A stretch of 24,723 nt of DNA from the IMG/VR virus record IMGVR_UViG_3300023687_000086; one strand, written 5' to 3'. Shown here piece by piece: positions 1 through 7,109 of this stretch (within the stretch, counting starts at the first letter, position 1; each line of letters opens with the position of its first letter). Origin of the DNA: an uncultured virus (IMG/VR IMGVR_UViG_3300023687_000086) (Duplodnaviria; Heunggongvirae; Uroviricota; Caudoviricetes). Below the pieces are notes generated by a model that worked only from the letters and a program-made list of their open reading frames with translations, was not told where the DNA came from and did not search any database. Position numbers and translations under genes: made by a program.

Positions 1-570
1 CAAACGGTTGCATCCACCTTTATGAACAAAAAGTCTGGATGTGGCGGATATGCGCAAGCATATAGCCTGCTGCTGCAGAAATTAAATATTCCAAGCGCAA
101 CCATCACCGGCACGTTAAGTGACATGGCTCACATGTGGAATGTATCTGTCCTGGATGGTAAGAATTACTTATCAGATCCAACGAATGGAGATATCACACT
201 GATTTCCGCAAAAGGAAATGAATCTGCGTATGTAAATTATGGATATCTAAACATCCATCCGGATTTTACAGCAAATTACGTACCAAACGAGTTGTTTAGT
301 GGAATCGAATTTGTCGATACCGATGCAAACTATTTTATGCAGCATGGATTATTCTTCGAATCGTACAATGCTGATATGATTTCCGCTGCAATTAATAGTG
401 CTAAGGAACGCGGTGATGCAAGCATCACGGTAGCCTTTAAAGATGCTATTGGCCTTCGAATCGCAGAAAGTGATCTGTTCTCAGACAAGAGAATCCAATC
501 TCTGTTAAACAATTTGAGCGTGGATTATATGGTAAATGATAGCGTCAATACGCTAACAATCATGTTATAA
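1..570 (+). CDS. Transglutaminase-like (papain-fold Cys-His-Asp) domain protein, C-terminal part; begins upstream of the window
   Basis: Frame is open from base 1. Motifs GCGGYAQAYSLLLQKLNIP, HMWN and LSDPT match the transglutaminase-like catalytic triad pattern. Confidence 0.8.
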   Translation, partial: QTVASTFMNKKSGCGGYAQAYSLLLQKLNIPSATITGTLSDMAHMWNVSVLDGKNYLSDPTNGDITLISAKGNESAYVNYGYLNIHPDFTANYVPNELFSGIEFVDTDANYFMQHGLFFESYNADMISAAINSAKERGDASITVAFKDAIGLRIAESDLFSDKRIQSLLNNLSVDYMVNDSVNTLTIML

Positions 571-574
571 GACT

Positions 575-609
575 AAGCTGGGACCTAATTTGGTCCTAGC
601 TTTTTTTTT
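575..609 (+). terminator. Intrinsic terminator
   Basis: AAGCTGGGACC-TAATTT-GGTCCTAGCTT followed by a T run. Confidence 0.85.
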
Positions 610-610
610 A

Positions 611-635
611 TTTCCAAAATACCTTTTCATATTTA
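611..635 (+). promoter_or_regulatory. Class I element-specific promoter-like motif
   Basis: TTTCCAAAATACCTTTTCATATTTA; one of 12 copies with fixed spacing. Confidence 0.7.
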
Positions 636-665
636 GTGTATCAACATAGAAAGGAACAAAAAGCA

Positions 666-1484
666 ATGAAGCAAAAAGCAATTACAAGACTTCGAATATC
701 GTCCGTATTGATGACGATTTATTTCGTAGTATTTTTCCTGATCAACTTTAACTATATCGAGTCGTTAAATGAGTTCTTCTCGATCCTGGCTAACGATACG
801 AATTTTTCGAATTCCGTAAACACGGGCAGATACGAGATGAACGCAGAATTCATTCGAAAAGAATTGATTCTTGGAGCCGTTGGTATCGCAATCATCGGAT
901 TTGAAATTTCTTGCATCGCTCGATTGATCCACATTTATAAAGACCTGGCATTTAAGGATCCACTTACCGGTTCATTATCTAGAGCTTCTCTAAACGAAAC
1001 ATTCGATAAGCTGGAGAAGCAAAAGAAGGTAAAAGAGATTACGTACTTCTTATTTGATATGAACTATTTGAAGCAGGTTAATGATGGTTACGGCCATAAA
1101 ATCGGTGACGATTTCTTAATTGCGATGTCAAAGTGCATCTGTAGTGCATTTAAAGGAATCGGCGATGTATATCGTTTGGCCGGTGACGAGTTTGTAGCGA
1201 TTGTTACTAAGCCAGAAGAATTGGATCCGGAGCGATTGATTGGTCGCATCGATAAAGAAGTAGATGTATACAACACATCATACAACCGGACCAAAGTAGA
1301 TCTATCGTTTTCGAAGGGCTATTATACCGGTCCGTATGATTACCAGGACACGTATTTTAGAGACACTCTGTATACATTAGCAGACAATGCAATGTACGAG
1401 GAGAAGGAAGCGTTCCATCAGCTGCATCCAAGAGATGAGCGAATTGATCGCGTAACAAAAGAAGTTATCGTAAGACGTTTATAG
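666..1484 (+). CDS. Membrane-bound GGDEF-domain protein (diguanylate cyclase, AGDEF variant)
   Basis: Two hydrophobic segments, then DPLTG, FDMNYLKQVNDGYGHKIGD, YRLAGDEF and ADNAMY. ATG 666 chosen because RBS GAAAGGA lies at 649-655 (ORF track starts at 636). Confidence 0.9.
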   Translation: MKQKAITRLRISSVLMTIYFVVFFLINFNYIESLNEFFSILANDTNFSNSVNTGRYEMNAEFIRKELILGAVGIAIIGFEISCIARLIHIYKDLAFKDPLTGSLSRASLNETFDKLEKQKKVKEITYFLFDMNYLKQVNDGYGHKIGDDFLIAMSKCICSAFKGIGDVYRLAGDEFVAIVTKPEELDPERLIGRIDKEVDVYNTSYNRTKVDLSFSKGYYTGPYDYQDTYFRDTLYTLADNAMYEEKEAFHQLHPRDERIDRVTKEVIVRRL

Positions 1485-1493
1485 GAGGATGAA

Positions 1494-1790
1494 ATGGTTA
1501 TTAGAGTAAACAAGCCCGGATTCAAGCCGGTGTCAAAGACCGTAACATTTGGTTATACTCCAGAGGAGTATGATGAAATTTTTGGAAGAGCGACACATAC
1601 CTTCCATTTTTATCCAACCAAGAACGAATCTGAGTTTTTGGTATGTGTAAATGAGATCGAAAGAGATCAGAAAGTGGGCACGTTGAAAGTGCTCGATATG
1701 AAAAAGGCTGGTAACCAGACGCTGGTTAATAGAGCTCTGACATTAGATTACGGATTAACTGAATCCGAATACGAAATAATTTTCGTATAA
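1494..1790 (+). CDS. Hypothetical protein (98 aa)
   Basis: AGGAGG RBS directly after the DGC stop; followed by a terminator. Confidence 0.8.
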   Translation: MVIRVNKPGFKPVSKTVTFGYTPEEYDEIFGRATHTFHFYPTKNESEFLVCVNEIERDQKVGTLKVLDMKKAGNQTLVNRALTLDYGLTESEYEIIFV

Positions 1791-1791
1791 G

Positions 1792-1821
1792 AAAAGAGGT
1801 ACCATTGGTACCTCTTATTTT
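1792..1821. terminator. Bidirectional terminator between convergent genes
   Basis: Perfect hairpin AAGAGGTACC-ATT-GGTACCTCTT flanked by A/T runs. Confidence 0.85.
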
Positions 1822-2231
1822 ATTTCGACATTTTGAATCACATAAGAAAAAACATCCAATAATTCTTTTTTTGCATCCTCTGATATCGGCGCAAATTGAA
1901 CGAACTGTGTTAATCCGGTTTTAGCCGGCGACACATTCGGTTGTAATTGGCTAAGTACTTGTTTTTTATACGGGCAGGTAGGACAATTGATGCTACTAAG
2001 TACAGAAATGGTATTACTAGATTTCTCTTGAAGAACGCGGCAAATGGAAAACAGTTCCCACAAACTTAGAAGTTTCTTTTTAGCTTCGATATACGAAACG
2101 GTTTTTGGAGCTAATCCGGTTGCTCGGGCGATATCACTTTGCGATAGTCCAAGATGCCTTCGCTGTTTAATTATATACTCAACAAAAAAATCGTTTAGCT
2201 CTTCTTTATTACTTGCATCATAAATTGTCAA
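1815..2231 (-). CDS. XRE/Cro-C1 family HTH transcriptional regulator
   Basis: RRHLGLSQSDIARATGLAPKTVSYIE HTH; AGGAGG RBS 7 nt before a TTG start; CPTCP motif after the HTH. Confidence 0.88.
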   Translation of the reverse strand: MTIYDASNKEELNDFFVEYIIKQRRHLGLSQSDIARATGLAPKTVSYIEAKKKLLSLWELFSICRVLQEKSSNTISVLSSINCPTCPYKKQVLSQLQPNVSPAKTGLTQFVQFAPISEDAKKELLDVFSYVIQNVEIK

Positions 2232-2577
2232 ATAAATACCTCCTATTAGAAAAAATGGCGAACAAAATACGTCTAAATAGTGCTATTGTCAGATAGCGGG
2301 GGGGGGTGATTATTAATTTGTAATAATATGGAATAAGAACGATCATGTCGTCAAATGTAGGGATTTGCGTTCCACTTTCCAGCTTAGCAATCCTACTCTG
2401 TGGACAACCCACATCGAAACTAACCTCACGTTGCTTTAATCCAAGACTAACTCTTAATTTTTTTAGTAATTCTTTTAAGGTATAAGAATCTATGGTCTCA
2501 GAATTAGCATTTTCAAGAGCTATAAATGCCTCACATAATATTCGTTCCTGTTCTGATAGTTCCAAATTATTATCCAT
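2218..2577 (-). CDS. XRE/Cro-C1 family HTH transcriptional regulator
   Basis: LKKLRVSLGLKQREVSFDVGCPQSRIAKLESGTQIP HTH; AAAGGA RBS; C9 tract near the 3' end. Confidence 0.85.
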   Translation of the reverse strand: MDNNLELSEQERILCEAFIALENANSETIDSYTLKELLKKLRVSLGLKQREVSFDVGCPQSRIAKLESGTQIPTFDDMIVLIPYYYKLIITPPRYLTIALFRRILFAIFSNRRYLFDNL

Positions 2578-2619
2578 TATAATTTTCCTTTTTTGATAAC
2601 ACTTTTTGCGACAGCATAA

Positions 2620-2648
2620 AATATATTCCCATTTTGTAAAAAAGTCAA
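2620..2648 (-). promoter_or_regulatory. Housekeeping sigma-70/SigA-type promoter for the XRE pair
   Basis: Minus strand TTGACT-17 nt-TATATT, about 40 nt upstream of the 2577 start. Confidence 0.65.
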
Positions 2649-3017
2649 TCCCAAATTAGAATCAAACTATTTGACACAAATCTATTGAACTGCAAAAAAA
2701 AATGTGGATAATAAGAATACGTAATGTGCTTGTAACGCGAAGAAGTGCTCTGTTTTATTCTGGCGATTCCCGCTGCAAAACAATGGCGCCCCACAAAATG
2801 TCACGTCTTATGCCATCACTTTTCGCAGAACTAGGCAACAATCTTTTATATCAATAAAATGGCGATGCGAATTCGTAGGTTCTACTACACGCATCATAAG
2901 CCAAGAATTCAAATAACAATAACAACAGATTAATACATATTTCTTTATACGATAGATATCGGTCTTTTGTCTCTTTACATTCTTTTTTTTTGCGTGTCTA
3001 AATCTTCTTTTTTTTTG

Positions 3018-3042
3018 TATTGAAAAAAAATACCCATATTTA
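3018..3042 (+). promoter_or_regulatory. Class I promoter-like motif (degenerate upstream box) before the sigma-like gene
   Basis: TATTGAAAAAAAATACCCATATTTA, preceded by a T run like the other copies. Confidence 0.5.
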
Positions 3043-3084
3043 ACGTAGCTATAAAGAAATACAATTGAAAGGAGTAAAAAAGAA

Positions 3085-3837
3085 ATGACGGAAACTTTAA
3101 AAACTATTATGAGCACAAGACCTGAGAGCGGAGACGTAAATGAAATGCTTCAGTACAACAATGCATTGTACAGCTTGTTTTTGAATGGTGATCCGGCAGA
3201 CAGAAGGGAGGCCAGGAACGAGCTATTAACATTTAACGAGCGCTATTTTTGGTCGCTTTGCACTACAGGGTCATTTCGAAACATCTGGGTTCAGTATCCA
3301 CTTGCATCCTGTGAAGATGCGGTTGCTACCTTACAGATTGCACTGATTAGTGTGTTGGAAGATGAGATTTATGATAAGTGGGACAAATTGATTTGGCTGA
3401 AAACGATGGACCGTGCAAAAGAGATGATTCACGACCAGTATAATACTGGAGGTGCTGCGGGTTCACTAGTAACCAAGCATAGAATCAGAAACAATGAGAC
3501 AGATAAGGAGATTTCTGTGGTTAATGATTCTGCGCTTGATTACATGGGAGAAGAAAAGGACTCGATTTATGGTTCAACGAATCCATACGATTCACTTGAG
3601 TTAAAGGAAGTGGTCAGAAACTTTTTGCAAGAAGCTGTAGATAAGGAGTTCATTAGAGATTTGGACCGTGAGATCTTATATCTTAGATCATCTGGACTTT
3701 CGCACAAAGATGTCGCAGCAATTCTGAATATAGGCGAAGACAATGAAAGACAGCTTTACAAGAGAACCATCAATAGATGCCGCGCAGCATATAAGTATAG
3801 TGCCGACTTTAAAAACCTCAAAGAATTTGTAGCGTAG
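3085..3837 (+). CDS. Divergent sigma-70 family RNA polymerase sigma factor-like protein
   Basis: Region-2-like segments (DRREARNELLTFNERYFWSL; EDAVATLQIALISVLE) and a region-4 HTH (DREILYLRSSGLSHKDVAAILNIGEDNERQLYKRTINRCR); RBS GAAAGGAG. Confidence 0.72.
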   Translation: MTETLKTIMSTRPESGDVNEMLQYNNALYSLFLNGDPADRREARNELLTFNERYFWSLCTTGSFRNIWVQYPLASCEDAVATLQIALISVLEDEIYDKWDKLIWLKTMDRAKEMIHDQYNTGGAAGSLVTKHRIRNNETDKEISVVNDSALDYMGEEKDSIYGSTNPYDSLELKEVVRNFLQEAVDKEFIRDLDREILYLRSSGLSHKDVAAILNIGEDNERQLYKRTINRCRAAYKYSADFKNLKEFVA

Positions 3838-3850
3838 TAACAAAGCAAAG

Positions 3851-3879
3851 AAGGAGACGAGTTTATCGTCTCTTTTTTT
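3851..3879 (+). terminator. Intrinsic terminator
   Basis: GAGACGA-GTTTA-TCGTCTC followed by T7. Confidence 0.85.
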
Positions 3880-3881
3880 AT

Positions 3882-3906
3882 TTTCCTAAAACTCGTTTCA
3901 TATTTA
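3882..3906 (+). promoter_or_regulatory. Class I promoter-like motif
   Basis: TTTCCTAAAACTCGTTTCATATTTA. Confidence 0.7.
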
Positions 3907-3936
3907 TATGGAAATAATATAGAAAGGAAATATCGT

Positions 3937-5076
3937 ATGGATTCAAGAAATTATTCTACAAAAAATGAAATCGTAACCCGTAGTGCGGATAAGATTCGTC
4001 CGCATATTAATGGTATGCATATTATCGGCCTGGATATGGGATACTCTGGTCCAAAGTGTTATCACGAGCGCGGAAATTTTGTATTCCCGAACTACTGTAA
4101 GAAGATTACCGGCGAATTGTTTGGTGATTTGAACAGAACAGATATGGTGTACCAGAACATGGATACCAGGGAACGGTATGCAGTTGGCGCTATGGCGTTG
4201 AAGTCATTAAATGACGAAGACGTTGTATCAGAAGATGCCTTATATGGAAGAAACCATTATTTGCATCCGGATTTTAAGGTCGTGTTTGAAAGTTGCCTTG
4301 GTGTTGCGCTTTGGGATATTGATACAGACGGAAGCGATGTATTTTTACAGACGGGCCTTCCGCCGGCGTACATGGTAAAAGACGAACCATATATTCGCAG
4401 CGTCATGGAAGGGGAGCATCACTTCAAGTTGACTATCGGCCCGGAGACAAAGACTTTTCATATTACGCTTTCGAAGCAGAATGTGGATGTTATGAGTCAG
4501 CCAATGGGCACTTTAACTTCACTTCTGTTTGATGACAATGCAAAGCCGACTCCACATGCGATTCCGTTAATGAAGTCGAATCTTTTGGTTTTTGATAGCG
4601 GATTCGGCACATTGGATACATTTTTTATTCGTGCAAACCAGCTCGAGTCGAAAAACACGAATCCGAACCTTGGTATGAAGCGTGTTTTGACTGAAACCAG
4701 GGATTTGATCGCCCAGGACTTAAATGTATCCGTATCAATTCCGGCGATGCAGCGTGTTCTCAGAGACGGTGTTGTTAAGGTTAACGATCTGATGACGCTC
4801 CAGACAAAGGAATATCCGATTGATGACTACCTGGCACAGGCAAACAAGAAGGTATGCATGGAAGCGTTGGAGTCGATCAAAGATTACGTATTTAATATTA
4901 AGTACCTGATCATGACCGGCGGAACATCTGAAGCGTGGATTGATGAGTTCCGGAAGCGGTTGCAGACTACCGGTGTGGAAGTGTTGTCCGGAAAGACCGG
5001 TTCAAATCTTCCAGTAGTCTATGCAAATGCACGTGGATACTATTATTCGAGATTAAAGAAGCTTGGATATAAGTAA
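3937..5076 (+). CDS. parM: ParM/StbA-like actin-family ATPase (plasmid segregation type)
   Basis: Actin-fold motifs IIGLDMGYSGPK (phosphate 1), QTGLP, SQPMG, VFDSGFGTLD (phosphate 2), MTGGTS and ANARGY. Confidence 0.88.
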   Translation: MDSRNYSTKNEIVTRSADKIRPHINGMHIIGLDMGYSGPKCYHERGNFVFPNYCKKITGELFGDLNRTDMVYQNMDTRERYAVGAMALKSLNDEDVVSEDALYGRNHYLHPDFKVVFESCLGVALWDIDTDGSDVFLQTGLPPAYMVKDEPYIRSVMEGEHHFKLTIGPETKTFHITLSKQNVDVMSQPMGTLTSLLFDDNAKPTPHAIPLMKSNLLVFDSGFGTLDTFFIRANQLESKNTNPNLGMKRVLTETRDLIAQDLNVSVSIPAMQRVLRDGVVKVNDLMTLQTKEYPIDDYLAQANKKVCMEALESIKDYVFNIKYLIMTGGTSEAWIDEFRKRLQTTGVEVLSGKTGSNLPVVYANARGYYYSRLKKLGYK

Positions 5077-5093
5077 CGAAGGGAGTGTGAGCT

Positions 5094-5687
5094 ATGAGAG
5101 TAAAGATTCGCTTATACCGGCCACATGATATGGATCTAATCGCTCTAAAGCGAACAGAATCCTATAAATTGGGCGTCGAGATGAAACGGTGCCTGATTGC
5201 GTATGCAAATGGACATGTCTATACGCCACCGGAGTTCGACTTTAACGAGTCTCCAAAGGGATATGTAGGTAAGTCGTACCAGATGCATATCGAGTTGAAT
5301 AGCAATAAGCCTGAAGAGGCGGAAGCTATAAAGATGCTGCAAGAAATTCGGGCCGGATATCGCTGTGCCTTTGTTAAGACCTTGTTTCGTAGTAACTGTA
5401 TTTATTTACCATTGTTAGTATTTTCCGATACAAACGGGCTAGTTACATCGAAGGCCGAGAGTTTTTATAACTTCATGAAACAAACAGCAAGTAGCGTAGC
5501 AGCATTAAAGGATGAAACTATAGATAGAAAGGAGGAAGTATCCAAAGCTACAGAACCAGCAATCGAACAACAACCAATGGATCCAGAGCCGATTGTAGTA
5601 GAGCAACCGGTAAATACGGCCGCGTCACCAGATAGTGGAACCGATGATTTTGATTCATTGTTCGAAAGCCTAAGTGCACTTGGATAA
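5094..5687 (+). CDS. Hypothetical protein; candidate ParM adaptor/DNA-binding partner
   Basis: Directly downstream of parM with an RBS; basic N-terminus and acidic flexible C-terminus. Function inferred from position only. Confidence 0.6.
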   Translation: MRVKIRLYRPHDMDLIALKRTESYKLGVEMKRCLIAYANGHVYTPPEFDFNESPKGYVGKSYQMHIELNSNKPEEAEAIKMLQEIRAGYRCAFVKTLFRSNCIYLPLLVFSDTNGLVTSKAESFYNFMKQTASSVAALKDETIDRKEEVSKATEPAIEQQPMDPEPIVVEQPVNTAASPDSGTDDFDSLFESLSALG

Positions 5688-5985
5688 TGACACTAAAATG
5701 AAAGCAGAAGTGTTAAACGAATTAGAAGCTAGAAAAAAGGAGTTATTCCTTTTTTGTTTAGCAAATAAAATTCCATGTTTTTGTATCTTTGCAAATGAGA
5801 CAGAATCTGGAACCGAATATGAGCATGTCGTAGTAACTCCGCACGAAGCGGATATGACGTTAACAGACGACAAGATTACAAAGTATTCGGCATCTTTAAA
5901 TAAGAACTTTGAGCTGCGATTAAAGGCAAACCAGAAAATCGAAGATAACATGGACCAGGCAATTGATGATCTGCTTGCCGATTAA
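5674..5985 (+). CDS. Hypothetical protein (start uncertain; ATG 5698 possible)
   Basis: Overlaps the upstream stop and fills the gap to the terminator. Confidence 0.7.
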   Translation: MHLDNDTKMKAEVLNELEARKKELFLFCLANKIPCFCIFANETESGTEYEHVVVTPHEADMTLTDDKITKYSASLNKNFELRLKANQKIEDNMDQAIDDLLAD

Positions 5986-5990
5986 AAAAT

Positions 5991-6016
5991 ACGCCTCATT
6001 TTGGGGCGTTTTTTTT
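5991..6016 (+). terminator. Intrinsic terminator
   Basis: ACGCCTCA-TTT-TGGGGCGT followed by a T run. Confidence 0.8.
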
Positions 6017-6041
6017 GTCCACAAAAAATGTTCCATATTTA
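6017..6041 (+). promoter_or_regulatory. Class I promoter-like motif
   Basis: GTCCACAAAAAATGTTCCATATTTA. Confidence 0.65.
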
Positions 6042-6049
6042 ACATCGTA

Positions 6050-6228
6050 AAACTAATACAAAAACCTATGAATGGAGAGGACCATTCTTTCTGGCGCAAT
6101 CCCAGACATCCCCAAAGTGCGATAAAGGCACGGCGATGAGGTTATAGCGTAGTGATACACAGACGTGGTCACATTAAAATGGTGCATCCTCATAACAAAA
6201 ATTAGTAAAGCGGCACAAAATGCCGAGA
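6050..6228 (+). ncRNA. Candidate structured 5' leader RNA
   Basis: About 200-nt leader with several nested inverted repeats (see findings). Confidence 0.4.
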
Positions 6229-6244
6229 GAAAGGAGTCATTGAG

Positions 6245-6976
6245 ATGGCAAACACAGAAAGAGTAAGCTTAAAAGACAAGCACGTACAGGCAGAGTTGGA
6301 GCCTTTGGTTGGCAAGATTGTTGAAGTACACGGTATCCTCGTTGCAGGAGACCCTATCAATAAGCTCGAAGGTGAGGCCTTAGAGAAGGATATCAAGTAT
6401 CAGAGGGACGTTCAGCATAGACGTTACCTGACTAAGGAGCCATACATTAAGTTCCGCATCAATGATGTACAGATGGATCTTACAGAGAAGAATATCGCTA
6501 AGCGTATCGTTTACCAGAATATCTTTACAGATAAGGAGACCGGCGTAAGAGCGTTATCTGTTGAGTCTAAGACCAAGTTTTCCATTGGTTATCGCAACGG
6601 TGATAAGATCACTGCAATCAAGCTGGCTGCACTGGAAGGAAGACGTTTTGCTTTCAACCAGGGATTAACCGTAACATACGAGGTTTACAAGCCGAAGGAT
6701 GGCGATTGTGGAGTTGGTCTTGCTAACATCATCTTTGATGAGAAGCCGAAGTTCTATGAGTTCGTTGATCAGACTGATCGTATCGGAGCCGTTGAAGGCC
6801 AGAACTGGTCAGATGAAGTTGATGATCTTGGATTAGACGCTGCACCTGCACAGGACACACAGGCTGCTCCGGCAAGTGAGGCTACACAGGCTGCTCCAGC
6901 AGCAAACACTACTGCACCGGCAGCTGAAGCTAGTGCACCAGCAGATGAGTCTGACTGGGGAGCCGTTTGGGGCTAA
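6245..6976 (+). CDS. Hypothetical protein, possibly single-stranded DNA-binding-like
   Basis: Beta-rich basic core, Ala/Pro linker and acidic-aromatic tail ADESDWGAVWG; strong RBS; monocistronic. The CDS is secure; the function is tentative. Confidence 0.5.
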   Translation: MANTERVSLKDKHVQAELEPLVGKIVEVHGILVAGDPINKLEGEALEKDIKYQRDVQHRRYLTKEPYIKFRINDVQMDLTEKNIAKRIVYQNIFTDKETGVRALSVESKTKFSIGYRNGDKITAIKLAALEGRRFAFNQGLTVTYEVYKPKDGDCGVGLANIIFDEKPKFYEFVDQTDRIGAVEGQNWSDEVDDLGLDAAPAQDTQAAPASEATQAAPAANTTAPAAEASAPADESDWGAVWG

Positions 6977-7020
6977 GAACCGGTTCGTTCATTAATCCTC
7001 CATTTTTCTTTCTACTAATT

Positions 7021-7053
7021 AAAAGGGACGCGTTATTGCGTCTCTTTTTTTTT
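7021..7053 (+). terminator. Intrinsic terminator
   Basis: AAAAGGGACGCG-TTAT-TGCGTCTCTTTT followed by a T run. Confidence 0.85.
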
Positions 7054-7055
7054 AG

Positions 7056-7080
7056 TTTCCAAAACCTAGATCAATATTTA
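7056..7080 (+). promoter_or_regulatory. Class I promoter-like motif
   Basis: TTTCCAAAACCTAGATCAATATTTA. Confidence 0.65.
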
Positions 7081-7109
7081 ATTAGATAAAAAATAAAAGG
7101 AGGAAATAT

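Noticed and set aside
2808..3116. 102-aa minus-strand ORF
   Set aside because: Overlaps the sigma gene start and promoter, has no RBS, and its composition is driven by poly-A/T tracts; likely spurious.
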